Positions 1 to 7,985 of a stretch of DNA of 41,795 bases are shown here, piece after piece. Location of the stretch: assembly GCA_046590685.1 (NCBI GenBank), contig JBKJUQ010000056.1, positions 1 through 41,795 of the forward strand. Reading direction: 5' to 3'. A program made the position numbers and the translations under genes. The notes under the pieces are model-generated. The model saw only the letters and a program-made list of their open reading frames with translations, had not been told where the DNA came from and made no database searches. This DNA comes from Hymenobacteraceae bacterium. GTDB lineage: Bacteria; Bacteroidota; Bacteroidia; Cytophagales; Hymenobacteraceae. Every line of letters starts with the position of its first letter. The stretch's first letter is position 1.

Positions 1-734
1 CACGGCCGCAAAAACCGTGAAGCCGGAATGTTGAAGGGCGCGTGGGCACCCGCGACGTCTTCGAGGCGAAAGGTGTGGTGCCCGGATACATTCAGGTAAG
101 CGTCGAGCAGGCGCGCACCGCGCTTCCAGAGCGCCTGCTGCTCCTCCGAGCGCTCCTTGTAAATCCAGTGCAGCTCGTTGCCGCGGTAACTCAGCAGACC
201 CAGCTCGCGGCAAATGGCGAGATACTCGGCGTTAGCCTGGTTCCGCGGAAAGACGAGCGACTTGATCTCAACACCGATCCGGCGACCGGCGGCAATCGCC
301 GCTTCCAGATCGGCGCGGAAGGCCGCGGCCGTCTGACCGCGCTCCAGCGCGTAGTAGTGGCAGAACGTGTGGGTGCCAATTTCCTGCCCCGGCGTAGCTT
401 GAATCTGTCGCAGCAGGTCGAGGCCGAAATGGTAGGGATCGGTGGCTTCGTCGGGGCCAATATCGGCCAGCGCCGGATACGGCGACAGGTTCGCGTTGAC
501 GTACGCCGGCTGCACGGCGGGCAGGTTCGCGAGCAGTTCCGCTTTCTTATCAAAGAACAGAAAGCCGACCGTCGCCCACGTCGCGCGGATCCCGTGGGCG
601 GTGAAGCAACTGAGCATCGCCGGCACGGCTTCCCGGGTACCGAGCAAGTTTGTGCCGTAGCCCGTGATCGTGCGCTTGTCGCGCACCCCCCAGAAAAGCT
701 CGTAGTCGAGAGAGATAACGAAGGTGCCGGGCAT
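1..734 (-). CDS. Polysaccharide deacetylase (NodB-fold) family protein; 3' end cut by the window edge
   Basis: Not in the ORF track because it runs off the window. Manual minus-strand translation from the ATG at 734 gives MPGTFVISLDYELFWGVRDKRTITGYG...GTHTFCHYYALERG...VFPRNQAN, typical of glycan-locus deacetylases. There is an in-frame upstream stop at 786-788. The listed 42..740 plus ORF is its antisense shadow. Confidence 0.7.
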   Translation of the reverse strand, partial: MPGTFVISLDYELFWGVRDKRTITGYGTNLLGTREAVPAMLSCFTAHGIRATWATVGFLFFDKKAELLANLPAVQPAYVNANLSPYPALADIGPDEATDPYHFGLDLLRQIQATPGQEIGTHTFCHYYALERGQTAAAFRADLEAAIAAGRRIGVEIKSLVFPRNQANAEYLAICRELGLLSYRGNELHWIYKERSEEQQALWKRGARLLDAYLNVSGHHTFRLEDVAGAHAPFNIPASRFLRP

Positions 735-839
735 CAGTAGGAGCAGCTTGAGAGGTGAGGAATGCGTAAGGAGCGACGCGACGTCTTATTGGCAAGGCAC
801 AAAAATAGGCTCTTGCCCTACCGCTGCCGCCGTCAGGGG

Positions 840-2198
840 TTACCCGAGGGCCAACACAACGACCGTGAGGACCGCAGTGGCGGCCGCCGTTATGAGCAGC
901 ATCGATTGAAAATGGCGCCGCTGCCCCGACTGCGTAACCGCAAGGATCAGCATCGCCGCGACGGGCACCAGCTTAGCCCACGCCGCCCCTTCTACGCCCA
1001 GCCAGACCAGAAAGTAATAGCTCGCCGCCGCATAGAGTACGAGACCAATCAGCGAGTTCCACAGCAGCTGCTTCGTGCGGCCCGTCGTAACGAGCAGAAC
1101 GCCCCCTAACTGATACACGGCCTTCAGGAAGAAACCCACCAACAGCACCCGCGAAAGGTGCACCGACGGCCCGAATTTGCCGTGAGTGAGCACGTCGATC
1201 ACGAAACCGGCTAAGCCGATCAGCACCAGAGCCGTCCCGGCGAAGAGTCCGATGATCCCGATGAACGAGCGGTTCATCCGGCCGTAGGCTCCATCGGCGG
1301 CGAGCTTGAAGTAGGTGGGCTCGTAGGTTCGATAGATACTCAGGGCCAGGATGTTGATCATCCCACCGTACTGCATCGCCACGTTGTAAAGGCCAATCTC
1401 ATCGAGCGGAAAGCGCAATCGTTCGAGGAATACGCGGTCGAGGGTATCGAACAGCAAGGCGATAAGAGCAACCGGAATCAGCGGGATCGCGAACCGGAGT
1501 GCCGGGCGGAGCACGGCCGGGTCGAACCGCCACCGCAGCCGCGGCCAGAGCACAACCAGCCCCGCCGCTCCGGCTAGCAACGTACCGACCGCCGTTCCCG
1601 CCAACCGGCCTTCGGGCCCTCGCTGTAACTGAATAACCAGCCACAACCCCAGCATATTCTGTAGCAATGCCTGCGTGACCGTCAGGACGGCGAACGCGCC
1701 CGCGCGCTGCTGAATGCGGTACTGCAAGGTGGCGTAGGCGAACACGCCCAACCCCATATTGCCCACCAATGCCGTGAGCATAAAGGGGTAAAAAGCCACA
1801 CGGATATCCGCCGCCCGAAAGATTACCGCCCCCAGCCCCGCCAGCACCAGCGTCAGCAGCAGGCCCCAAGCCATGGTGTAGGCCACGATCGTGCTCAGCA
1901 GGGCATCGCGCCGGACTTGGTCAGGCTCCCGGTAATATTCGCGAATGTACCAAGAGTTGACACTCAAGGTAAAAAACGGCGCCAGGAACGCGTTGATGGA
2001 CGTCACGTACCCTACCACCCCAAAATCAGCCCGGCTCAGGTACCGCGAGAACAGTGGGATGGTGAGCATCGAGAGCGCCGCCCCAAACGCCGACGCGCCC
2101 AGGTAAAGTAGCGTGTTACGCACTTTTTCGGAGCGCGCTAACGCCAGTAAGGCTGGGCCATTAAGGCGCGCGCGCAGGGCAGAAACCGAAAGAGCCAT
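840..2198 (-). CDS. wzx: Wzx-type oligosaccharide/polysaccharide flippase (MOP superfamily)
   Basis: Multi-pass membrane protein starting MALSVSALRARL...KVRNTLLYLGASAFGAALSMLTIPLFSRYLSRADFGVVGY, the typical Polysacc_synt N-terminus. The start was trimmed to the ATG at 2198, because the track start at 2276 reads through an intergenic hairpin. Confidence 0.75.
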   Translation of the reverse strand: MALSVSALRARLNGPALLALARSEKVRNTLLYLGASAFGAALSMLTIPLFSRYLSRADFGVVGYVTSINAFLAPFFTLSVNSWYIREYYREPDQVRRDALLSTIVAYTMAWGLLLTLVLAGLGAVIFRAADIRVAFYPFMLTALVGNMGLGVFAYATLQYRIQQRAGAFAVLTVTQALLQNMLGLWLVIQLQRGPEGRLAGTAVGTLLAGAAGLVVLWPRLRWRFDPAVLRPALRFAIPLIPVALIALLFDTLDRVFLERLRFPLDEIGLYNVAMQYGGMINILALSIYRTYEPTYFKLAADGAYGRMNRSFIGIIGLFAGTALVLIGLAGFVIDVLTHGKFGPSVHLSRVLLVGFFLKAVYQLGGVLLVTTGRTKQLLWNSLIGLVLYAAASYYFLVWLGVEGAAWAKLVPVAAMLILAVTQSGQRRHFQSMLLITAAATAVLTVVVLALG

Positions 2199-2202
2199 AA
2201 CG

Positions 2203-2278
2203 GGTTGGTATCTGGTACTTAGTATCTGGTACTCAGACTGAATACCAAGTACCAGATACCAGTTACCAAGTACCAACC
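2203..2278. repeat. Imperfect long inverted repeat built from GGTAC/GTACC words, between the legB stop and the wzx start
   Basis: GGTTGGTA (2203-2210) pairs with TACCAACC (2271-2278). TATCTGGTACT (2223-2233) pairs perfectly with AGTACCAGATA (2248-2258). CCAAGTACC occurs twice (2245-2253, 2266-2274). Confidence 0.6.
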
Positions 2279-2280
2279 GA

Positions 2281-3264
2281 CTAAATGTTGTAGATATCGT
2301 GCTTGTACTGGCTCAGATTCTTCGGCTCGCGGAACCACGCCACCGTCTCGGCCAAGCCCTGGTCGAGAGTATACTGGCAGCGCCAATCGGTGAGGCGCTG
2401 AATCTTCTCATTTGAGCCAAACAGACGCCGCACCTCACTTTTGTCGGGGCGCAGGCGCTGCTCTTCGCTCACGATGCGCGCTGACGGATGAATCTGGTCG
2501 ATAAGCTTCTGCGCGAGATCGCCTACCGTGATCTCCGACTGCGTGGCGATGTTGACTTCCTCGCCAATCGTGGCATCGTGGCGCGCGATTGACTCGAAGC
2601 CACGGACCGTATCCTGCACAAACAGCAGATCGCGCGTCGGGGTGATGTCGCCGAGCTTGATCTCCTCCACGCCGTTGAGCAGCTGCGTGATAATAGTCGG
2701 AATGACGGCCCGCGCGCTCTGCCGCGGCCCGTACGTATTGAACGGCCGCACGATCGTGATGGGCATCTCGAACGAGCGCCAGAACGATTCGGCGATCCGG
2801 TCAGCACCGATCTTGGTGGCCGAGTACGGCGACTGCCCCTGAAACGGGTGCTTCTCGTCGATGGGCACGTATTGGGCGGTGCCGTACACTTCCGACGTGC
2901 TCGTGACCAAGATGCGCTTGGTGCCGAGCATCCGCGCCGCCTGCAACACGTTGAGCGTGCCCTTGATGTTGACGTCGACGTAGTTGTCGGGCGAGTGGTA
3001 CGAATACGGGATAGCGATCAGGGCCGCCAGGTGGTACACGGTGTCGATGCCTTTCATCGCCTCGCGCATCCCATTAGGGTCGCGCACGTCGCCGGCGAAG
3101 AACTCAATTTGATCCTTGATCTCTTTCGGAATGGTGTCGAGCCAGCCGTACGAGTTAAAGGAATTGTACAGTACAAACGCGCGCACCTGATAGCCAGCGC
3201 GCACGAGGTATTCGGTCAGGTGCGAGCCGATGAAACCATCGGCGCCGGTTACGAGAACTTTCAT
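2281..3264 (-). CDS. legB: NAD-dependent sugar-nucleotide 4,6-dehydratase, LegB-like extended SDR
   Basis: MKVLVTGADGFIGSHL Rossmann motif, YNSFNSYGWL segment, TSTSEVYG and YSATK catalytic motifs, RPFNTYGPRQSARAVIPTIITQ. The pattern matches my memory of LegB-type dehydratases. The ATG at 3264 is preferred over the TTG at 3279. Confidence 0.7.
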   Translation of the reverse strand: MKVLVTGADGFIGSHLTEYLVRAGYQVRAFVLYNSFNSYGWLDTIPKEIKDQIEFFAGDVRDPNGMREAMKGIDTVYHLAALIAIPYSYHSPDNYVDVNIKGTLNVLQAARMLGTKRILVTSTSEVYGTAQYVPIDEKHPFQGQSPYSATKIGADRIAESFWRSFEMPITIVRPFNTYGPRQSARAVIPTIITQLLNGVEEIKLGDITPTRDLLFVQDTVRGFESIARHDATIGEEVNIATQSEITVGDLAQKLIDQIHPSARIVSEEQRLRPDKSEVRRLFGSNEKIQRLTDWRCQYTLDQGLAETVAWFREPKNLSQYKHDIYNI

Positions 3265-3270
3265 TTTTCT

Positions 3271-3362
3271 AATGTGCAAATATGCTAGTGTGCTAGTGTG
3301 CGAATGTACAAGTGAGCAAAATCAGTATTCGCACATTCGCACATTGCTCACATTTGCACATT
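3271..3362. repeat. About 90-bp imperfect inverted repeat made of shuffled words (AATGTGCAAAT, GTGCGAATGT, GTGAGCAA)
   Basis: AATGTGCAAAT (3271-3281) pairs with ATTTGCACATT (3352-3362). GTGCGAATGT (3298-3307) pairs with ACATTCGCAC (3333-3342). GTGAGCAA (3312-3319) pairs with TTGCTCAC (3344-3351). Internal tandem copies: GCTAGTGT x2 and CACATTCG x2. Confidence 0.6.
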
Positions 3363-4101
3363 AAATAATCGACCAGCCGCCGTCTACTACCAGATTGTGG
3401 CCGGTGATGTAGCGGGAATCGTCAGAGAGCAGAAAAACGACGGAGGGCGCAATGTCGTCGGGAGTACCAAGGCGGCGCAAAGGCGTTTTGCGCTCGTAGC
3501 GCTCAACGAAGGAAGGTATCTGGTTGTCGAAGATCCCTCCCGGCGAAAGCGTATTGACTCGCACGCCATGGGGGCCGTAGTAGGCGGCGAGGTAGCGGGT
3601 CAGGTTCGTAATCCCGCCCTTGATCGCCGCGTAGATGGCAGAGTTGGTTAGCTCCGTACCCTCGTAGATCCAGAAATCCGGCCCCAGAAAGCCGTAGATG
3701 GAGCCCATATTGATCACCGAGCCGTGGCCCTGCGCCTTCATTGCTTCGAGCACTTGCTGGCAGCACAGGAAGTAGCCGTTGAGGTGCATATCCACGTTCT
3801 GGCGCCACGATTCGGGCGTAGTCAGCTCAAAGCGAACCCCCCAGTCTTTGGTCCGCGGATAGGCATTGTTGACCCAGCCGTCGAGGCGGCCGAAGCGAGC
3901 AAGCACGGCCGCGACGAGCTTTTGGATCGACTCCAGCGACGTGATATCGAGCTGGTGCTGGTGGCGGTCGAGGTCGGTTTCAACCGCCAGGTCGGCGTTG
4001 ATCGCAATGCCACCGGCGGCGGTGATCGCTTCGCAATAGCGCCGGCCCAGCAGGCCACTGCCGCCGGTTACAACGATAATATTATCAGTCAGAGAGCTCA
4101 T
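3361..4101 (-). CDS. Short-chain dehydrogenase/reductase (classical SDR) family oxidoreductase
   Basis: IIVVTGGSGLLG cofactor motif, NNAY, YAAIK catalytic Tyr-Lys, ATG start. Shares an unusual insert (PDFWIYEGTELTNS) with the SDR at 5069..5863. Confidence 0.8.
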   Translation of the reverse strand: MSSLTDNIIVVTGGSGLLGRRYCEAITAAGGIAINADLAVETDLDRHQHQLDITSLESIQKLVAAVLARFGRLDGWVNNAYPRTKDWGVRFELTTPESWRQNVDMHLNGYFLCCQQVLEAMKAQGHGSVINMGSIYGFLGPDFWIYEGTELTNSAIYAAIKGGITNLTRYLAAYYGPHGVRVNTLSPGGIFDNQIPSFVERYERKTPLRRLGTPDDIAPSVVFLLSDDSRYITGHNLVVDGGWSII

Positions 4102-4109
4102 AGGTAGAT

Positions 4110-5075
4110 TCAGGAAGCGGCAGCAAACTCCGAGAGGGCGACGGGGCGGCCTTCCGCCCGGGCACGTTCTGCCGCCATCAGGATGTGCATCATCATACGC
4201 GTGTGAGCGGCCGGAATTGCGGGCTCGCCCGTCCGAATCTGGCGCACAAACTGGCCCAGCAAGCGGCGGAAGGCGGCGAAATTGTCGTTTATCTCGGCGT
4301 GCGCGCGGCCTTTAGTACCGAAAAAGTCGAGCTGGAAAGTTTTGGCCGCCGCTCCAAGCGCGTCGATCTGCACGAGCGGATGCCCCGCAGACTGGCGGAG
4401 AATCACGGACTCGTGCCGTTGGCCCGGCACGACCCACACTTCCTCGACGTGGCACGGCAGTACCCGGAAAATGGCTTCCAGCATGGTAATGCCATAACGC
4501 GAGAAGTTCGCCACCACCGCGCCGCGAGCCAGGAGTACCTCACCGAGCTCGCCGCTCAGCAAGGCGCCCACTACGGGGTCGGTTTCGCGGGCAAAACGAC
4601 CACCCGCGCAGCTCATCAGCAGGCCGTTCGCCAGGTAAGGCTCGAACCATGCCAGCTCAACCGGGTCAAGCGTCAGCGGCTTGTCAATGAAAACGGGAAT
4701 GCCCGCTTCCAGAAACGGCCGCGCCAGCGGCAGGTGCGTTTCGTAGTCATCGCGACACAGCAATAAGCCGTCAATCTGACCGAGCATCTCGGCCGGATCG
4801 GCCACAGCGTGGGCGATTCGGCTAGCCCGGCACAAACGGGCGGTTTCGGCGGGGTCCTGCGTCCAGGCGTGGGTGACGGTCACTCCGGGAATCCCGAAAT
4901 CAGCCGCATCGCGCGGGCGGAGGTAATTGTAAATCACGCCCCAACCGGATTCGCGCATGCCGGCGTCGTCGTAGCCATTCACGGCTGCCGAGAACGAGTA
5001 CGGGTGCCCGTTGCCCTCATTAAGGCCGATGACCCCGAGGCTAAGCGGCCGCTCGGCCGCGCCGGCGCTTACCAC
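4110..5075 (-). CDS. Gfo/Idh/MocA family oxidoreductase
   Basis: LSLGVIGLNEGNGH N-terminal Rossmann segment and a FIDKPL motif. The start is uncertain. The GTG at 5075 overlaps the upstream stop (GTGGTAA), whereas the track start at 5138 would overlap the upstream gene by 70 nt. Confidence 0.7.
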   Translation of the reverse strand: MVSAGAAERPLSLGVIGLNEGNGHPYSFSAAVNGYDDAGMRESGWGVIYNYLRPRDAADFGIPGVTVTHAWTQDPAETARLCRASRIAHAVADPAEMLGQIDGLLLCRDDYETHLPLARPFLEAGIPVFIDKPLTLDPVELAWFEPYLANGLLMSCAGGRFARETDPVVGALLSGELGEVLLARGAVVANFSRYGITMLEAIFRVLPCHVEEVWVVPGQRHESVILRQSAGHPLVQIDALGAAAKTFQLDFFGTKGRAHAEINDNFAAFRRLLGQFVRQIRTGEPAIPAAHTRMMMHILMAAERARAEGRPVALSEFAAAS

Positions 5076-5863
5076 GCGGCCCACCCGCCGTCGACGGGAT
5101 AGTTCTGGCCGGTGATGTAGCGCGAGGCATCGGAGCACAGCAACGCGACTACACCTTTGAGGTCTTCCGGGACTCCAACCCGGCCCACCATCGTCTTGCC
5201 CGAAAGGGTTTTGACGAAGTTGGGGAAATCGACGCCGGTTTGCGGGAACGGAAATGGGCCGGGGCTAATCGCATTAGCGCGAATGCCGTGCGGCGAGAGA
5301 AACGATGCCAGGTACTTCGTGAACTGGATAATGCCCGCCTTGGCCGCTCCGTAGGAGGGGGAGTTCACGAGCCCGTCGTCTTCGTATATGCGGTAGTCGG
5401 GCGCCACGTGACCGTACATCGACGACGTGTTCAGGATTACTCCGCGCGTCAGCTTCAGGTAATCCGCCGCCTCCTTAACCGTGTTAAACACGGTGTTGAG
5501 CGACATATCCACGTCCCAATGCCAGTCGTCGTAGGAGATAGAGTCGAACGAGTTCTTGCGAATCGCGGCGGCGTTGTTGATCAGGATATCCAGCTTACCG
5601 AATCGCGCGACGGTTTGGGCAAGCGCCGCCCGGATGGACTCCGGCTTCGTCAGGTCGGTGCTGACACCCAGGGCCGGGGTGCCGTACTCCGCCGTCAGGC
5701 GCTCGGCGAGGGCTTCGCACTTGGCTCCGTCGCGGGAGGCCACTACTACGTGGGCGCCCAGCTCGGCGAGAGTTTCGCACATCGCGGTGCCGAGGTAGCC
5801 GGCACCACCGGTCACAAACGCCACTTTGCCACTTAGCGACAGCAGGTCTTGCAGTTTACGCAT
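5069..5863 (-). CDS. Short-chain dehydrogenase/reductase family oxidoreductase (paralog of 3361..4101)
   Basis: KVAFVTGGAGYLG, NNAA, YGAAK, ATG start. The segment SSMYGHVAPDYRIYEDDGLVNSPSYGAAKAG aligns by eye with GSIYGFLGPDFWIYEGTELTNSAIYAAIKGG of the other SDR. Confidence 0.8.
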   Translation of the reverse strand: MRKLQDLLSLSGKVAFVTGGAGYLGTAMCETLAELGAHVVVASRDGAKCEALAERLTAEYGTPALGVSTDLTKPESIRAALAQTVARFGKLDILINNAAAIRKNSFDSISYDDWHWDVDMSLNTVFNTVKEAADYLKLTRGVILNTSSMYGHVAPDYRIYEDDGLVNSPSYGAAKAGIIQFTKYLASFLSPHGIRANAISPGPFPFPQTGVDFPNFVKTLSGKTMVGRVGVPEDLKGVVALLCSDASRYITGQNYPVDGGWAAW

Positions 5864-5915
5864 CGAAAGGACTGATCAAAAAAAAGAGATGAAAAGCAAA
5901 ATAGGCTTATGAGAC

Positions 5916-6668
5916 TCAGGCCCCGAAGTCGGTTCCCTGCTCCTGATGGTAGCGAATGACCTGCTCGGCAATCACCAGATCGAACGGGTCATCAATATCA
6001 ATGGCCATTGAGCGGGGCGTTACCAGCGGATACGTGCGCCCAAGCAGGGGCGACGCGGAGCCCGGGTTTGCGGCCAGCACCGCCGTGCTGATGGCGTAAA
6101 TCTGGCCGTTGCCCTGATACGCTTTCGGCTGAAGCTGACGCGGGAGCTGCGCCTGGGACCCGTCGAGAAACGGGACGACGGTGCCGGCAGCTTCATCAAT
6201 GCGCCACATACGATGCGGCGAGACCTCCGTCTCCGAGAACGACACGACCGAATCGGCCGCGCCACTCAGCACGAGCTCAATGGCGTGGTCGAGATCGCGA
6301 ACGCGCCGCACGGGGGAGGTGGCTTCGAGCAGCACGAACGCGGCCGGCGAGTAGCCCCGCTCCGCCAGATTGGCGAGGGTGTAGCGCATCGCGTCCATCA
6401 CGAGCGCGGTATCAGTGGCGAGCTCGGCGGGGCGCCAAACGACTTCAATGCCGAGCGACTCGGCAAGGGCGCCAATCTCCGCGTCGTCGGTGGAAACGAC
6501 AATCCGGTCGATGAAGCGCGAAGCGCGGGCCGTGTCGATCGGATACTGCAGCAAGGGCTTGCCGAGCAGCTCGCGCAGATTTTTGCGCGGAATCCCTTTC
6601 GAGCCACCACGCGCGGGCACAATAGCGAGAACGGAGGGCGAAGTGGAAGCGGGGGCAGAGTCGGTCAC
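5916..6668 (-). CDS. Acylneuraminate cytidylyltransferase family; CMP-nonulosonate synthetase (NeuA/LegF-like)
   Basis: LAIVPARGGSKGIPRKNLRELLGKPLL is the CMP-NulO synthetase signature. It has a GTG start and no internal Met before the conserved motif. Confidence 0.8.
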   Translation of the reverse strand: MTDSAPASTSPSVLAIVPARGGSKGIPRKNLRELLGKPLLQYPIDTARASRFIDRIVVSTDDAEIGALAESLGIEVVWRPAELATDTALVMDAMRYTLANLAERGYSPAAFVLLEATSPVRRVRDLDHAIELVLSGAADSVVSFSETEVSPHRMWRIDEAAGTVVPFLDGSQAQLPRQLQPKAYQGNGQIYAISTAVLAANPGSASPLLGRTYPLVTPRSMAIDIDDPFDLVIAEQVIRYHQEQGTDFGA

Positions 6669-6745
6669 GAGGCGAAAACTAGGCGTGGGTGCGCGGCATC
6701 AGCCTGGGTACGGCACCTCAACGGGATGGCAAAGGTAGGCGTACG

Positions 6746-7879
6746 CTAGTTGACGACCGGCGCCGGCGCGGGAGTTGGGCTTGGCACGGGGACTACCGGT
6801 GCGGCCCGTAGCAGGCGGTCCACGACGGCGGGAGTACAGTGCATTCCGTCGTAGAAATTGGCGGACGTCAACTTAAACGGGGCCGGATCGAACGAGCCGA
6901 TGACGCGTAACCCTTGCGCGGCGGCAAACTCCCGGCACCAGGATTCGGCACGGGGCGCGTACTGGTACTCAGGGCGCGTTTGCAGAAAGTGCCATACCGT
7001 GGGGTGGTAGGGAGCTAAAAAAAGCTGGACCACCGCGCCGTGGTCGCGGGCGTGAGTGACTAGCTTAGCGAGAGTTTGACGGGTATCAGCTGCTAGCCCC
7101 GTGAACGTACCCAGCGAATACACGGGCTTAAGCGCCAGGTACGCTTTTGCCGCCGCATCAGCATCCTGCTCGCGGAACTTGCGGTCGTAGGCGATCGAAT
7201 TGTCCGAATGCTTCGTGAACTCCTCGTTCACCGGCGCGGTGGTGGCGCGGTAGGCACTGGGGCGCTTGCTCGGATCGCGCAGCGCGCGGATGGCTTCCTG
7301 AAAATAGCTTAACGACACCAGCTCGGCCAGCTTGGCGACGGTCGAGCCGGTCTGGACAATCCCGCCGAGCCCCTCCCCTTCCGAGGCTCCGGCGGCTTCG
7401 GCCCCAAGCGTGCGCCGCATCTGGAGCGCTTCCGGAGCTAACGTCTTCCAGCGTTCCTGCCCGTGATTGGCGTTAAACATCCACGGATCAAGCCCGATGA
7501 TGAGCGTGTCGGGGTGCCACCCGCGGGCCGTGTAGAGCTCATAAACGGCTAATAGATCTTCCAGTACTCCGCCGGATACGGCGCCGTTATGGAGCGTACC
7601 CTTCGGAAAAAGATTTTCCCCGATCAGCATCGCGCGGCTCGACCCCACGACCAGCACCGGCGGACGCTGCGAAAGGCCCTGAATGGAGAACTTCTGCAGC
7701 AGACGCTCATCAAAATTGCGCAGGTTGGTTACGTTTTGACCACGGGTCAGCAGCGCGGCGACGCCGCGCTCGTAGGTACCGCCCGAAAACAGGTTCGCCG
7801 GATCGACCAGGTAGTTGACGCCGACCAGCAGCAGTCCCATCGGGGCAAGCAGCAGCAGGCGCAGGAGGAGGGCTTTCAT
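6746..7879 (-). CDS. Membrane-anchored SGNH/DltD-like protein, putative partner of the adjacent MBOAT
   Basis: N-terminal anchor MKALLLRLLLLAPMGLLLVGV, VLVVGSSRAM (candidate nucleophile block), FYDGMHCT (DxxH-like block) and a Pro-rich tail PVVPVPSPTPAPAP. It lies immediately downstream of the MBOAT gene. The ATG at 7879 is preferred over the track start at 7963. Confidence 0.5.
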   Translation of the reverse strand: MKALLLRLLLLAPMGLLLVGVNYLVDPANLFSGGTYERGVAALLTRGQNVTNLRNFDERLLQKFSIQGLSQRPPVLVVGSSRAMLIGENLFPKGTLHNGAVSGGVLEDLLAVYELYTARGWHPDTLIIGLDPWMFNANHGQERWKTLAPEALQMRRTLGAEAAGASEGEGLGGIVQTGSTVAKLAELVSLSYFQEAIRALRDPSKRPSAYRATTAPVNEEFTKHSDNSIAYDRKFREQDADAAAKAYLALKPVYSLGTFTGLAADTRQTLAKLVTHARDHGAVVQLFLAPYHPTVWHFLQTRPEYQYAPRAESWCREFAAAQGLRVIGSFDPAPFKLTSANFYDGMHCTPAVVDRLLRAAPVVPVPSPTPAPAPVVN

Positions 7880-7985
7880 ACGTAGAGCGAGGGGGACATT
7901 AGTACCTGGTTGTCGGTAGTTAGTATAGTTAAGGCGAGGGAGCGCGTGCAGTCTGGCTACCAACTAGCAAGGGCCACTTGTCGCC

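Noticed and set aside
42-740. 232-aa plus-strand ORF at the left edge
   Set aside because: It has an Arg/Val/Gly-rich composition with no motifs. It is the antisense shadow of a well-formed minus-strand polysaccharide deacetylase reading frame that runs off the window.
791-817. Hairpin GGCAAG...CTTGCC between the wzx stop and the deacetylase start, considered as a terminator
   Set aside because: The stem is only 6 bp with a 15-nt loop and no T-run on the transcribed strand. It is too weak to call.
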